NCBI RefSeq assembly: GCF_018977255.1
Contig: NW_024704743.1
Span: forward strand, 64,668,001-64,732,000
Direction of reading: 5' to 3'
From: Callorhinchus milii
Taxonomy: Eukaryota
DNA length: 64,000 nt
Shown here: piece by piece, positions 12,425 to 26,821 of the stretch
Position numbering within the stretch: the stretch's first letter is position 1
How the letters are laid out: each line of letters begins with the position of its first letter
Notes under the pieces: model-generated
The model's database searches: none
The model's input: the letters and a program-made list of their open reading frames with translations, nothing else
Told to the model about the DNA's origin: nothing
Made by a program: the position numbers and the translations under genes

Positions 12425-14019
12425 CCTCTACTACAGGACTTTATACCTCTACTACACAATTATCTCTCTTTGAAACAACGCTTTGAAACAATTATCTCTC
12501 TTTCAAACATCCTTATTGATTCCACCTCTAAATTTTCCTGGGACAGAGCATTCCACATCTTCACAAGCCTCTGTGTGAAGAAATATCAAGCTCAGATCTA
12601 ACTCTTTTGTTTCTGATCGTTAGGCTGTGCAACCTTGTAATGAATCCAAACCTACTCTCTCAACTGGCAGTTCCTTCCATTAGTTTAAATATCTCAAACA
12701 ACTCATTTCATTTTAGTGTCCTTTGTTCTAAGGTAGTGATGGCCAACCTTTATTTGGCCAACAAAATACATTTTCTTGATTGAATAATTTGTGATTTATG
12801 CTATAAATCAAAAAGTATTCAATCAAGAAAAAACTGAAAACTCACCACTTACCTAAACACATGGATTTACCTCGATTTGTGTGAATGTTTGGGGTGGGGA
12901 GGGGGGGCGGTGGGGGTTTGCTGCTTCTTAACGGCCCTGTGGCCACTTCCAGCCCACGGGCTGGAATTATTTATTGGTTGGGACTAATCTGATTCACTGC
13001 ACTGAATAAAACAAATTTTGGAGGACTGCTACAATATATGCTTAGTTTTTACAAAAGATCAGATGCAAACAGAACATGGAAATTATTGCCAGCAGTTTTT
13101 CGATGTGGGATGAAGCAATTTTAAAGATGTGCATTAGAGAAAGCATGTATTTTAATTGAACATGACATTAATGTTCATTATAGACTCAATTTCAAAGTAA
13201 AAACGCAGGATTGTAGGTGTCCTGATCCTTAGATTTATATAACTTTTAAACTCAAAGATATCATCAAAAAGGTTGTTCCTGTGTTCCAAGTTATTAAAGC
13301 TGATACATGCCTAATGGTCAGATTAAATGCTCACATAATTCTATAATCCTTTACATTAGTTGTTAATTACAAAATTATATAATTAAAATACACCTTTAAA
13401 TTTTAGCCTATCTCGGTTGGTAACAATCTTACTTCTTATCGGTTCAAGTCCCACTTTGGGACTTTCAGCTCATAGTCTAGGCTCACACTTTGGTGCAGTG
13501 CTGGTGGTCATTGTATTGTTGGAGGCACCATTCTTCTGATTTGTCATTAAAACAAGCTCACGTCTGCCTGTTCAGGTGGATGTTAAAGATCCCTATGCCA
13601 CTCTTCAGAAACAGAAAGGAATATTTTGGCCAACAATCTTCCAGATAAATTTGGTGTTCACTTTACAGTGTTTGTGAGACATTGTTCTGTGTAAAGTGGG
13701 AATGCGGAACATGCTACCACAGGGAGGTTTTTGCATAGATGTATTTAAGGGGAAGCAAGATGGGTACATGAGGGAGAAAGGAATAGAAGGTTATGCTTGA
13801 AGATTTAGTTGACGAAGGGCAGGAGGAGGCTCATGTGGAGCATAAACACCGGCATAGACCACCTTTAATGGCCGAATGGCCTGTTTCTGTGCTGTATATT
13901 CTAATGTATTCTGTATGTATTCTGATGTATTCTAAATTGGCTGCTTTATTCGTCTACACAATCACTACACTTCACAGAAACTTTCTGAAGCTTTTGAGAC
14001 ATTCTTGCCCTTACAGACT

Positions 14020-15435
14020 CCCAGTCTACACTTCTTTGCCCCCATCTCTCCCTCCTCCCTTTCTCCCACCATCACTTGCTACCTCAACCCCATCCCCATC
14101 CAGCTTCTGGTCATTCAACTCCCCCTCCTCTGCCCACTGCTGGCTGACACAATCAATCCAGTCCCTCTCCTCAGGCTCTGTCCCACTCCCCCTCAAAACC
14201 GCTGTCATCAGTCCTCTTCTTAAAAAACCTACCCTCGATCCCTCCAACTTCACAGACCTCAGACCTATCTCAAACCTGCCCTTCCAGGCCAAAGTTTTGG
14301 AACATGTTGTTGCAAATCAACTTCGCTCATACCTCTCTCTCCACTCACTACTTGAATCCCTCCAGTCTGAGTTCCATCCTGCCCACAGGACAAAGACAGC
14401 ACTTGTCAAAGTAACAAATAACATCTCTCTCTGTGACCAGGGCTCCCTCTGCCTCCTCGTTCTCAGCTGCATTCGACAGTCAATCACGCCGTCCTCCTCC
14501 ACCGCCTCTCCTCCCTCATACATTTTAAGGGGACCGCACTTGCACAGTTTAAGTCCTACTTAACAAACCACCAACAATACATCTCAGCAATTGTTTTTTC
14601 TTCCCGCCCTGCCTGATCATCTGCGGCATACCCCAAGGCTCCATCCTTGGCCCCCTTCTTTTCCTCATCTACATGCTCCCTCTCAGTGATGCCGTCCGCA
14701 GACATGGGGCCAGCTGCCACATGTATGTAGATGACACCCAAATCTACCTCTCCTCCTCCAGCTGCGACTCCCAGTCCACCAGTGTCCTCTCAGCTTGTTT
14801 GACAAACATCAAGGCTGGATGAGCGCAAATTTCCTGCAGCTGAATGTCGGCAAGACGGAAGCCGTTTTCTTTGGCTCCCGTCACCATCCTGTTCTGCGGG
14901 TCTGAACTTTTCAATCGCCCTGGGCTCTCCCTCAGACTCACCAAACCCGTGCACAACTTAGGCGTCAGGTTTCATCCCTGCTTTCCTTTCTACCTCACAT
15001 CCGTTCCCTAACCAGGACCACTTTTTTCTACCTCCGTCACATTGCCACTTCCAACCGTACCACACAACTGATGCTGCTGAAACCCTCATCCATGCTTTCA
15101 GCACTAGCTGGACTATTCCAATGCCCTTCTCACTGGTCTCCCCAGCTCCACCAAACACAAAATCCAATTAATTCAAAACTCCACTGCCGGATACTCACCC
15201 ACATGAAACTCCGTACCCCCATCACACCAGTCCTTATCAGGCTCCACTGGCTCCCAATCACCAAACGGAACAATTTCAAGATCCTCTCACTCATTTTCAA
15301 ATCCCTTCATGCTCTCACACCTCCCTACCTGTCCAACCTGCTTATCCCTCACTCCACTACCTGCTGCCTCTGCTCGGCTGGCTCCAGCCACCTTTTTACC
15401 CTTCAAGCCTTGCATTCCACCATTGGTGGCCATGC
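14020..15435 (+). mobile_element. Degenerate L2 LINE (RT region)
   Basis: PLLKKPTLDPS.F...[12 protein letters not shown] and LHWLPI motifs with frameshifts. Confidence 0.9.
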
Positions 15436-15736
15436 CTAAATGAGTCATTTTACAAAGGGTGAAAATTACAAGATGTGATGTGATAATTATTACATCCTGG
15501 ATAAAGGCAGTCAAGGAGTTATTATCTAGTATAGTCCCCCCCTCCCAAACTTCGTCACATTAGTTGGACCCGAAGCCTACCCATTAATTGCAGTCGCCAT
15601 GAACTGAACTTCAAATGTCATGAACTACAAGCTGGCAATGGGCTGCTTTTGACCCAAACAATGTCACAAAGTCAGAGATGAGGGAACAAAGTCAGTCGAT
15701 GATTATCAACCATATGCTAATCAACACTAATGATTA

Positions 15737-16490
15737 TAACAACAACAACAACAAAATTACATTTGTTTAGCACCTTTCACGTCAGGAGGACATTCCAAGG
15801 AGCTGGACAATCAGTGCTTCGGACCCGAGCTGGGGTTTGGGATCAGGGAGGGTGGAGGACAGGGAGGAAGGAGGATGACCTCAAAGAGGAGGGTCTTGAG
15901 ATGGGTCTTGGAGGAAAGGGAGGGGGCAAGGCGGAGGGACTATGGGATGGAGTTCCAGAGGATGGGGGCACAGTGGCTGAAGGCCCGTCTGCCAATGGTG
16001 GGGCGGGCGAGGCAGGTGACGTGAAGCAGGTCAGAACCCGCTGAGCGGAGGGAGAGTACTGCTTGGTAGGGGGTTAGGAGGTTGCAGAGGGAGTGGGGAG
16101 CAAGGCCATGGAAGGCTTTGAAAGCGAGGACCAGGATCTTGAACTGTATCCTCTGTATGATGGCAAGCCAGTGGAGTCGAGCGAGGATGGGGGTGATAGG
16201 GTCATGGAGCCTGGTGCAAGAGAGGACACAGGCTGGATCTGGATGATCTGCAGCCTATGGAGGGAGGAGTTGGAGAGCCCGACAAGCAGGGAGTTTGCGT
16301 AGTCAAGCCTGGATGATATGAATGCGTGTGTGAGAGTCTCAGCGGACAGTGTCAGAGCCGGAATTGCGGAGCTGGGGGAAGACAGAGCAGGTCATGGCAT
16401 GGATATGGGATAGAAAGGACAGTTGAGGGTCAAACAAAATGCCAAGGTTCCAGATTGCCTCAATGAGGTGGAGTGTGCAACCTTGAACAA
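15737..16490 (-). mobile_element. L2 3' portion
   Basis: (CAA)n tail; similarity to the other L2 copies. Confidence 0.85.
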
Positions 16491-17129
16491 AAATGACAAT
16501 TGTATGTAGAAACCTTAATTGTATTCACTAAAAGTTTTTAACTAGATTAGGCACGCAGAAGATTGGTGTGAACGCCATCATTTTCATGGCAGATAATGAC
16601 TCGTCTCCATATTCGGTGTGTCATTTTCCGGAATACGGATGGCATCAATTCACTTTACAGTATATCCTGTGAAGCGTTTCGAGAAGTCTCGAAGACGTGA
16701 TAAAGTGCTATATCAAATGCAAAGATTATTATTATTATAGAAGATACATATGTGTAAATGTAGGAATTCATTGAGGCTTCACTCTTATAAATTTGCAGGA
16801 AATTTAATTGCAGATATTCTGCATGGTAGATTTTGAAGAAAAAACAGGCTAACAAGAGGCAAGAAATGTTTTGCCACATATATATTTAGAGTTCAATAGA
16901 ATCATTTCAGCAGCCAAAAAATAACTCTTTATCAAGCAGCCTGGAGAGATCTCAAGCCCAAACTGCTTGATTCCTAAAATGTTATTGTGTCCAGGAGAGT
17001 GTGCATTCCATCCCTTCTCATCAGATCAGCCCTGCAAAACAATAAAAATCTTGAGAGCCACTCCACAGACTTCAAGAATAACAAACATGCCAAATCTGAA
17101 AGGTAGGTTTCATTACTTTGGAAAGAAGC

Positions 17130-17146
17130 CTGCCACCTAGTGGCCA
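17130..17146 (-). promoter_or_regulatory. Strong CTCF-like motif TGGCCACTAGGTGGCAG
   Basis: Near-consensus CTCF core in non-repetitive sequence. Confidence 0.6.
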
Positions 17147-18589
17147 TTTACAATGGGATAAAATAACACTAAATCGAGATTAAAACATCATAAACTTTAC
17201 CCCATCAGAAATTCAAGGACCCTATTTGTAAAAGGATATTTAAGTATTTAAGTAAGAGAACTGCAGAGTTCAGAGAAGTGCAACTAAGTCAATGTAGGGT
17301 ACTGGAGGACAAGCTCACAAAACTGAACATAGTCTTACGGGAAAGATTAAAAGTTTCTAAAGGGACTTGATTCAGTATTTAAAATGAAAATCTATTAACA
17401 GTTCATTAATATAGGTATAGGCAATATTTGTACTTAGATTCTATTACAATCAAAATTATATCAAAAACAGCTTATACATTATAATAATGAGTTGGAAAGA
17501 TAGACTAAAGCTCTGGAAGCCGTTTAAATACTGTATAATGATCTATTATGCAAAGAAGTCTGTAGCCTCTGTTTGGAGGTTAATATATTTTGGAAATCAT
17601 CCGCAGAGAAATGGCTTTTCAAAGCCTGGCAAAGAGTAATTTGGTAACTTACTTGATGCTCGTGGATCATCAAGAAACCAGAGAGGAACGATACAGAATT
17701 AATTGATTAGTAACAGTCGGAACAGTTTCAGTAAGAAATTGTTGGAACAGAAATTTATTAATATGTTTCAACAAATTACAATAGAACCTAGTTACAAAGC
17801 ATGCAGTATAATGCTGGTATCCTTGAAAGGGAGATGCTTTTGGGCTGTGGTTGGTTTCAACGTGGTTCAGCTAGCTTTCCAAACACTGGTTGGCTTTCCA
17901 CACACCTAGAACTGGGCAATCTCTGGGTCATCAAGTCCCTGCCAACGTCAATTCCTGGGCGCTGCTCAGCAGCAAAAAGTGATGTTGGCAGCAAGCCCAC
18001 TACCTGGAAGTCAATCATACTTTAGCATGGGAAAATAGTCAGTTTTCTGTGTGCATATCCAATGTGCTGGCTTGTGGACGCTCGGGATATCACAGTGTTA
18101 TAAGGCCGTTTGGTATTTTATGGACTCCTGATCCTGCATTATAATGGGGTCTCTGCTGAACCTCCTGTTTGTGAAGAAGCAGAGTAATGGGCATTTCAAA
18201 GAATTCTATTCCGGTTCAGGACTGGATTACAACAATCCTGAATGGTCAATGGTACTTTTGGACTTCAGGCTGTAGGATAGCAATAAATGACACAATAAAC
18301 ATTAATGATGTAAATGAAGTTGTTGGCAAATCTGGGGATCTGTGACATCATCAATATATGCTCTTTGAAACAATGTAAACTATGTGTTGTGTTACAATAC
18401 AAAACAAATTTTCGATTTTATATTACGTCAGAATGCCATTTAGGAGATAAAGCTGTACATCTCCTCTTTTTGATCCATGCAGTATGATCAGGATCTCAGA
18501 ACAATCAACCTGCTCTGAACAATCTGCTGTGAGAATGCTGTAAAAATAAGTATTTAAATTATTTATACTTCAATTCACCATCTACTGCA

Positions 18590-19085
18590 GAGGTGCAACA
18601 ACAACTTTACTTCATATGGGGTAGCACCTCAGAGCGCTTAAAAATGGCCTGGTAGATGTCTAGCTGGGGAGAAAGGTGAGGTGCCTGTAGGCACAGTCAA
18701 AAAGGAGAGTCTTCTTCTGAAGATGGGCAAAGAGGGGGCAAGTTGAGGGATTGTGGAAGGGGAGTTCCAGAGGTTTGAGGCAGAGTGGCTGAAACTGTGG
18801 CTGCCAATGGTGGAGTGGAGGAGTGAAGAAATGTTCAGAACGTCCAAGCCGTCTGAGTGAAGGAGGCAGATCGAGTAGTGGGGTTTGAACAGTTGGAAAT
18901 ATAATGAGGTGCTAGGGCAAATGGAGTGATTTGTAAGTTTGTGAGGATCTTAAAATCGATCTGGTCTGCTACACTGGAGCCTGGTTCGGACTGTGGTGAT
19001 GGGGGATAGGGGCAGAGTTTGGTATTGGTGAAGATACAGGCAGTGGAGTTTTGAATCAGTTTGATTTTATGAATGTTGGAGTACA
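18590..19085 (-). mobile_element. Old L2 3' fragment
   Basis: IQNSTACI and IDFKIL remnants. Confidence 0.7.
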
Positions 19086-20544
19086 ATAAATGCAGAACTG
19101 TTTTCCCTATAGACAATCATGCAGGTATCAATAAAATACACATGCAAGTAAAATCCTCCTTGTTGCAGTAATTATATTTTTAGAAACATTATGCTTTTTG
19201 CAACTTCCACTTCCTATATGTATGGTATTGTTTGAGTATTGGTTGTTAGGAATCTTTTCGTTCATAGGGTACTTTTAAAGTTAATGATTAGGATCTCAGG
19301 ATCTAGTTTTTGGAAAAAAGTGTTTTATGTAAATGCTACTTGCTTTCCTATTGCACGACTACATTAATTTTCTGATTTTAGAGTGCTTCACATTTTTATT
19401 GCTCGACTATAAATGAAACTGCAGATAGGCAAAATGCAATAAACATCACTTTATGGAGTAATGTGGCATCCAATTTCTATTTCTTTATGACTCCATATAT
19501 TACATAGATAAATCCATGCCAAATAACATTAACTCTTGCTCTCAGTGCAGTGCAAGAAGATTTAGATAGTGGCACGTGCTTTGAATGTTCTGCTCCTTGA
19601 TGTTTTCATAACTTGAAACAACAATTTAGTAAACATTTATCTCCATGGGTCAATTCTTAAACAAATACTGTTGTACTGTTATGTAACAGCTCATCCATAA
19701 CTCACATCTGTGTTATCCCACTCTTTACCTACTGAATGTTAATCTTATTTTGCTCTGTTTATGAACATCAAAGGGTACTGCATTCTCAATGTTTGGAGCA
19801 TTTATTTATTAAATAAATTCAGTGCAACACTTACCTTTTAACAACTGAACAATTTCTTTATTAAATCCAGTTTTGAATGCAAAAATAGATCCTAATAATT
19901 TTACTAAATCTAGAGAAGGGGAGTAAATGGTGTCTTTGAGGTAAGGTTTAAATAGCAAATGGATCTCAACACAATTTTCATTTATATAGCATCTTTCACA
20001 TTGGGAGGACACCTCACAGCATTTAACACCCCTATCAGGGCGCTTATGTAGGGATGAGACCTAAAGTGGGTGGGGAAGGAAAAGATGACCAAAAGCACTG
20101 TCAAAGAGGTCTTGAGATGGACGCGGAACAAAGTGAAGGAGGAATCATTTTGTGCTCTTCACACCTGCAGCCCCTCGGAGCTCTTAACAGTGATGTCAAG
20201 TTGGGGAGAGAGGAGAGGTGGCCATAGGGACGTTCAAAGAGGAAGTATACTCTTTATTGATAAAAAAATATTAGTAAAATTTAATTCAATCTGCAGTGTC
20301 TCCTATGGTATCACTGGAAAAAATCAACATATTATATGTTCAATGATTTTTATGTTATATTGTCTGAGCGGGTGTAAAAGACAAGTAAATCTCTTTAATG
20401 CAAAATACCATTTTGTACCTTTTAGCAGGAAATGGGGGATCTCTTCTTTAAGTTCCTGTGTACATTAATAGCTATTATTCACTGGCATTTGGACTGAATA
20501 ATTGAAAGTACCATGTACTAAAACTGAAATATTTGCCCAGTACC

Positions 20545-20760
20545 TTGTACTTATACAATACAGGAAGGATATTGTACCATTGAAGAGAGTACAAGGTAGA
20601 TTTACAAGGATGTTTCCAGTGGATACCGGTATCAAAAAAATTGGACAGATTGCAGCATTTCTCTCTAAAGTTGAGAGGAAATCTGGTAGGGGTGATGAAG
20701 CAAACATTAATAGGCTGTTTCTACTTGTTGATGAGACCAAAATGAGAGGGCATAAAGATG
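20545..20760 (+). mobile_element. CR1 RT C-terminal fragment
   Basis: YRKDIVPLKRVQGRFTRMFP. Confidence 0.7.
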
Positions 20761-21527
20761 GCTATTAATAATAATAATCCTTACATTTGGTATAGTGCCT
20801 TTCACATAAGAAGATTTCGCAAAGTGCTTCACAAGATTTACCGTAAAGTGGATTGTGTTTTGTGTGCAAACGAAGCAGACAATTTTGCACACAGCAATGT
20901 CCACCAACAGCCATGAAATTAATAAATACATTTTATTAGTAGATCTAATAAGGAGTTTAGGAGGAACTTGTTTATTCGGAGGCTCAATATTGTCAAATCA
21001 ACCATTCATTTTGTACTGTACATTAAGAATCAATATAAATAGAATAGAGAATAACATTAGAATCCAATTAATAACATTAGAATATAATTGTATATTAAAG
21101 AGCTAGATACACCATCAATTATTAATATTTCTATCTTTCTGAGATCTGGAAGAATTATAAGTGCTGTTTTTTTTTGCCTGCCATAAAGGTTTCCTTCTGG
21201 CGCACATTTCTGGATTTATCAAGGCAAAGAATGTTGCCATTGGAGGACCATATCACATTTGTTAAAACTGTTATGATTTTTAGACTGACTTACTTCCAAT
21301 TATATATGCCTGAAAGGTCTAATCACACAAAAGAATCCTTGAGGCAGAGCTGTATGCGGTCAACTTGATAATAACCTCTGTTATTGCAAATCTCCCATTA
21401 TAACAATGTTTCAAGCTGAATTTCAATTATACTGTAATCAGCAGAGGAGCTGAAATAGTTCATAAAACTACTATTTTGGTTTGTCAGGCAACACACATCA
21501 AACTAGATTGTCATTCAGACAATGTCT

Positions 21528-22078
21528 AGGTCATTCAGAACTCTGCAGCTCGTGTACTGTCCCGCACCAGGCTTCGGGATCACATCACTCCCACCCTCGC
21601 TCGCCTCCACTGGCTCCCCATCCCCCAGAGGATTGATTTCAAGATCCTCATCCTCACCTACAAGGCCATTCACGGCCTTGCTCCCTCCTACATCTCCGAC
21701 CTACTATCCCCCTACCTACCTGCCCGTACCCTCCGTTCCTCCGGCTCCGGTCTGCTCCACGTCCCCCGCCCCAATCGCCCTACCATCGGTGGTCGGGCCT
21801 TCAGCCTCTCAGCCCCGAGGCTCTGGAACTCCATCCCCAGTGCCTTCGCCGCTTCTTCCCTTTCCTCCTTCAAGGCCGGTCTCAAAACCTTTCTCTTTGA
21901 CCGTGCCTTCAGCTCCCCTCTCGACTCTCTTCCCCCTCCTCGCTCCCTCCCTTCCCTCCCCTCACCCTGACCATTTCCCCCCTGCTCGGGTCATGACCCA
22001 ACTGTGCAGCGCCTTGGGACGTCCTCCTGACGTGAAAGGCACTTTATAAATGGAATCTTGTTGTTGTTGTTGTTATTG
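21528..22078 (+). mobile_element. Young L2 3' end
   Basis: Nearly identical to 52590-53178, with a (GTT)n tail. Confidence 0.92.
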
Positions 22079-24079
22079 TCAGGCGTCACTAGTTTGTAAT
22101 ATTAACGTTAGGCTGAAACCAAAGGTAATGAATTTTTATTCATTTTTATTGCATTATTTTTCCAAAATCTTCATAATATTTGAATTTTAGAAAACAAATA
22201 TATTACCATGAATAACATAACATTTCTGAAAACCTTCGAGCGCTGTCAGTTTATGTAATCCCTCTGAGAATAGCCCTGAGCTCTGAATTCAGTGTGCAAC
22301 TCACCCGTAAAACTTTTCACCCGTAATTTATTGTTTGTTTGTTTACTGCAGCATTTACTATCTAATGCTCTCCGAAATGGGAGGAAGTGAGTGCTGAAAT
22401 ATAGAATGTTTATTTAAAATTTGCATGCAATTTTAGCATAAGAATTCCTAGGTCAGATCCAGCTTTGTTTGATGTACTGTAAACCTCCCACTCCGCTGTC
22501 TGACAATATCCCTGTACTAGCCCTTCCCACTACACTATTTCCCTTTTGAGCTCTAATCCAGTCTCAATTCTGCATTGCAAGATATTTTTAAAAATATATT
22601 TGTTAAGATATGCTGCAAAGGTGGGTTGTAGGAAATGTCTCAAGTATCAGAAGAGGAGCAGGCTAGAAGTAGGAAAAAATATTTATTTAAAACTCAAACT
22701 GCATTCCGGGTCACATTATCCACTGATTCATAACTCCCTCTTGACTCTCTTTACATTACTTCTACCATCCTGCATTTAAGTATCACTCCTACAGCTGTCT
22801 GTGGAATAACCCACATCATTTCAGATGTAGGAATAATTTCTATTCTCTCCTCCTTCTCTCCCTTTATCTCTCACCTATTCTCACTTATTTGGCAGTGATA
22901 ATAGGAAGTGTAAAATTTGATATATCAAATGCAAAGATTTTATTATTATTATAAGTGAAAACAATCAACATGCTTAAGAGTATCCAAACCAAACAGAGTT
23001 CCTCATATCCCACCTATTCATGGCAATTCCCGTATTTGAAATGGATTGTGCATTCTCTCCCCAGAGGAACTCATCTTGTTTACCTAATTCCAGGGTATTA
23101 AGTGCAGGTTAGCAAGAGCCAAGCCTAACCCCAGATTATGTGTTGGGGTACTGCTTGTGTTTAACCAGATACAACCATAGAGTTTGCCATTGAAAGCACT
23201 GCTTATTCAGCTGGAACCACCCTACCCGCTAAGGCTTTATCTTGCAGGGTTAACATTTGCTGAGGGGTAAGAACCTCTGGCCCAGATTAACTAGTTATGG
23301 ATTTTGATCAATTTGATTCTATCATACATATCTAACACATGGAAATTAAATTATGTTGTTGTTTCTGTATACCTGCCAAGCTATCCCTACAATACTGGGA
23401 ATGTTCTTCTGTATTCAATGAGTTCCATGTCCCCCAACCCCCACCACCATTATTATAGAGCCTGAACTCATGTGCATCTGATTTGTAAGCTTTCAATTGT
23501 GCTTCATGTAGGTAATATCCTGCACCCCTCAACATTACAAAAAAACGCAATTGGGTGGATTATGTTTGAAATTTCTGAGAGCTTTAATTACAGTATATTT
23601 ATTTAAAACGTAGGGCAGAAAGCAAGCGTGTCAAAAGATTTACTCTCTGACAGACTGTGAGTTAGCACCTTGGGATGTTCTCATTAAGTAAAAGGCAGTA
23701 GAAACATAAATTTGTTGCTGTGAGAGATTTAAAAAAACTTCCAAAACATAGTCATTTTTCAAAACACCTTACAGCAAATAAACTATTACAATTGTTCACT
23801 CAGAAATACATTAATAGCTAAGTGTTGTTTTTTGCTCTGATGAGATATTGCCTCTATAATTACAACAGGTACTTAAATTTTTGTGGGATATTACAGTTAT
23901 TGTATCTCACTCATCTCTTCCACGCAAACAATGGATAATTTCTAATGGGAAATCTGATCTCTCCAGTTAAGGACTGGATGGTTATCGATACAATACTGTA
24001 TGGCTGAAAGGCTTAAGGTTAATATTAAACTCAGGGTAAAATATTTAAATGTGCAGATGACACCAAGCGAGGGGAAGCA

Positions 24080-25515
24080 ACAACAACAACTTGCACTTAT
24101 ATAGATAGCGCTCTCCACCCAGGGCAGCATCTCAGCAGGCTTAACAGTGGCGGAGCCTGAATCTGGGATGGTGGGGGTGAAAGATGACCATAAGCACGGT
24201 CGAAAGGAAGGTTTTCAGGTGGGATTGAAAAAGGGGAGAGAGGGGGCCAGGAGGAAGGAATGAGGGAAAGTGTTCCACAGTTTCGGGGCATTGTGGCTGA
24301 ATGTGCGACCACCAATGGTGGAGCAGAGAGTGCGATGGACAAGCAGGAAGCTGGTGCCAGTCGAGCGGATTCGTTGGGTGGTGGATTGGGGAGTGAAGAG
24401 GTGGGAGAGGTAGTGAGGTGCCAGGGAGTGAAGGGATTTGAACACGAGTGTGAGGATCTTGAAGTCGATCCGTTCGGTGATGGGGAGCCAGTGGAGCCTG
24501 GACATAACTGGAGACATGGGGATATAGAGTTTGGTCCGGGTCAGTATGCAGGCAGCAGAGTTCTGAATGAGCTGGATTTTTTGAATAAAGGAGCTGGGGA
24601 GACCGGCGAGGAGTGCGTTTGAGTAATCCAAGCGGGAGGTGACAAACGTGTGGACGAGGGCTTCGGCTGCATTTGCGGTAAGGTAAGGTCAGAGGCGGGC
24701 AATGGGGCGGAGGTGGAGGAACAACAACAACAACAACAAGATTCCATTTATTGAGCGCCTTTCACGTCGGGAGGACGTCCCAAGGCGCTGTACAGTTGGG
24801 TCAGGACCCAAGCAGGGGGGAAATGGTCAGGGTGAGGGGAGGGAAGGGAGGGAGCGAGGAGGGGGGTAGAGAGTCGAGAGGGGAGCTGAAGAGAAAGGTC
24901 AAAGAGAAAGGTCTTGAGACCGGCCTTGAAGGAGGAAAGGGAGGAGGCGGCGAAGGCACTGGGGGATAGAGTTCCAGAGCCTCGGGGCTGAGAGGCTGAA
25001 GGCCCGGCCACCGATGGTAGGGCGGTTGGAGCGGGGGATGTGGAGCAGACCGGAGCCAGAGGAACGGAGGGTACGGGCAGGTAGGTAGGTAGGAAGGCGG
25101 TCCTGATCAGGGACCAGATGTGGGTAAGGAAGGACAGCTGTGGGGCAACTGGAAGTCTAGATTGTGCAATGGTTCGGTGTGTCTGAGTGAGAGTCCAGGG
25201 AGGTTGAGGAGTTCAGATCCGCAGGAGTGAAGACATTGATAGGAGCCAAAGAATATGGCTTCCATCATGTCTAGATTCAGCTGCAGGATGTTTGCACTTA
25301 TCCAGGCCTTGATATCTCCCAGACAAGCTGATAGAACATCGGCGGACCTGGAGTTGGTACTGAAGGAGACAAAGTAGATTTGTGTGTCATCCGCATATGT
25401 GTGGAAGTTTACCCCATGTCTGAGAATGGCATCGCCCAGAGGGGGCATAGAGATAAGGAAAAGAAAAGGGCCAAGGATGGAGCCCTGGGGTACCCACAGG
25501 TGACGGGGCGGGGGC
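24080..25515 (-). mobile_element. Older L2 (24080-24720 and 25095-25515) interrupted by a nested young L2 3' end (24721-25090)
   Basis: DYSNALLAGLP...LHWLPI and YADDTQIY flank a second (CAA)n-tailed copy. Confidence 0.88.
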
Positions 25516-26106
25516 GAGTCCTGTCCCCCAGCCTCCTCTTGCTACGAGGCAATCTGCCCCCTCCCCACCCCACTCCGCGTGCGTTATCTCTGGCTGTTAG
25601 GTAACCGCCTGTCCAGCCCCAATGGTGTCTCTGGTTGCCAGGCAACCGTCCTCTTTCAACCCCGTTCGTCCTCCTGCTGGACCACTGGCTCCCCTTTCTC
25701 CTTCATTCCCCATTTTCCCTGACTCCCTCTCTTCCCCAACTACGATCCAAGCAAAATCTTACCTGAGCTGATTGTGGGAGGCAGCCTCATTGGAAGCAAC
25801 CAAGATATTACCTGAGAGGATTGTTGACACATGAAATTCAGTGCATTTAAATGCAAGATACTGCATAAAGGACAATGCACAGCAAGTGTGATGGGGGTGT
25901 GGGGGAGATTAAAGATAATGTGGGGTTAGTATTACATACAGGTCATGGCAAAGACAATGCACACTTTTGGCTTTCAGTGGAAGTGGGTGTACAGTAATCC
26001 CCACTAAACTATTCAAATAGCTAAAGGATTTTGGAAGGGTATGCTATGAAGAATGAAAGGAGAAAGCACTTGTAATGGAGTATTATAGCATCGATTCACT
26101 TCAAAG

Positions 26107-26325
26107 TGGAGTCCTGTGGCTCAATGGTTAGAGCGCCCACCTCTCAAGCAAGAGACCTGGGTTTGATTCCCGGCAGGGAGGAACCTTGGGCAAATTTACT
26201 TATTCCCAATCCATAATCCCTCAAGATTACAGTCAATTCACTTTACAGTATATCCTGTGAAGCGCTTTGGGATGTCTGGAAGACGTGAAAAGTGCTATAT
26301 GAAATGCAAGGATTATTATTATTAT
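26107..26325 (+). mobile_element. Internally deleted tRNA-derived SINE
   Basis: Head joined to tail without the core motif. Confidence 0.8.
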
Positions 26326-26821
26326 TCAAAGTGTCTCAATGCAATTCAAAGGTAATTACTGGCTTGCCAGCTAAGTGAAATCGTTTGATATGTCCTTCCA
26401 ACATGAAAGGGGCTAAATGAATATAAATGTTATTTATTATCAAGTGTAGTGACTGTTTTCGCAGTTTCACAAATAAACATAGCAGCAATATTGTGCACAG
26501 TAAGGTCCCACAAACAGCGACAACATTAATAACCAATTTATCTGGAGTATTGCTAGTCGGAAAGGTAAAGAAATCCCATCCTCTTCTTAAATATTGTCCT
26601 GGGACAGTCTTTCGGATAAGATGTTAAACCAGATGTCTGCCTATTCAGGTGGATGTTAGAAGACACCACAGCACTACTCAAAAGGAGAAGGGAGTTTCTC
26701 CCGGGGGCCTGGCCAACAATGACCCATAATTTATTACTGAATGCAATACAAACGGTTTCTTTTGCAACGCGACTCACTGTGCGGGTCACACAGGGCTCCA
26801 CTGCCAACCCCACTGATGGCC

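Noticed and set aside
17653..17790. Minus-strand segment ending in a GTAAGT donor-like site
   Set aside because: All three frames contain stops and there is no similarity to expected genes.
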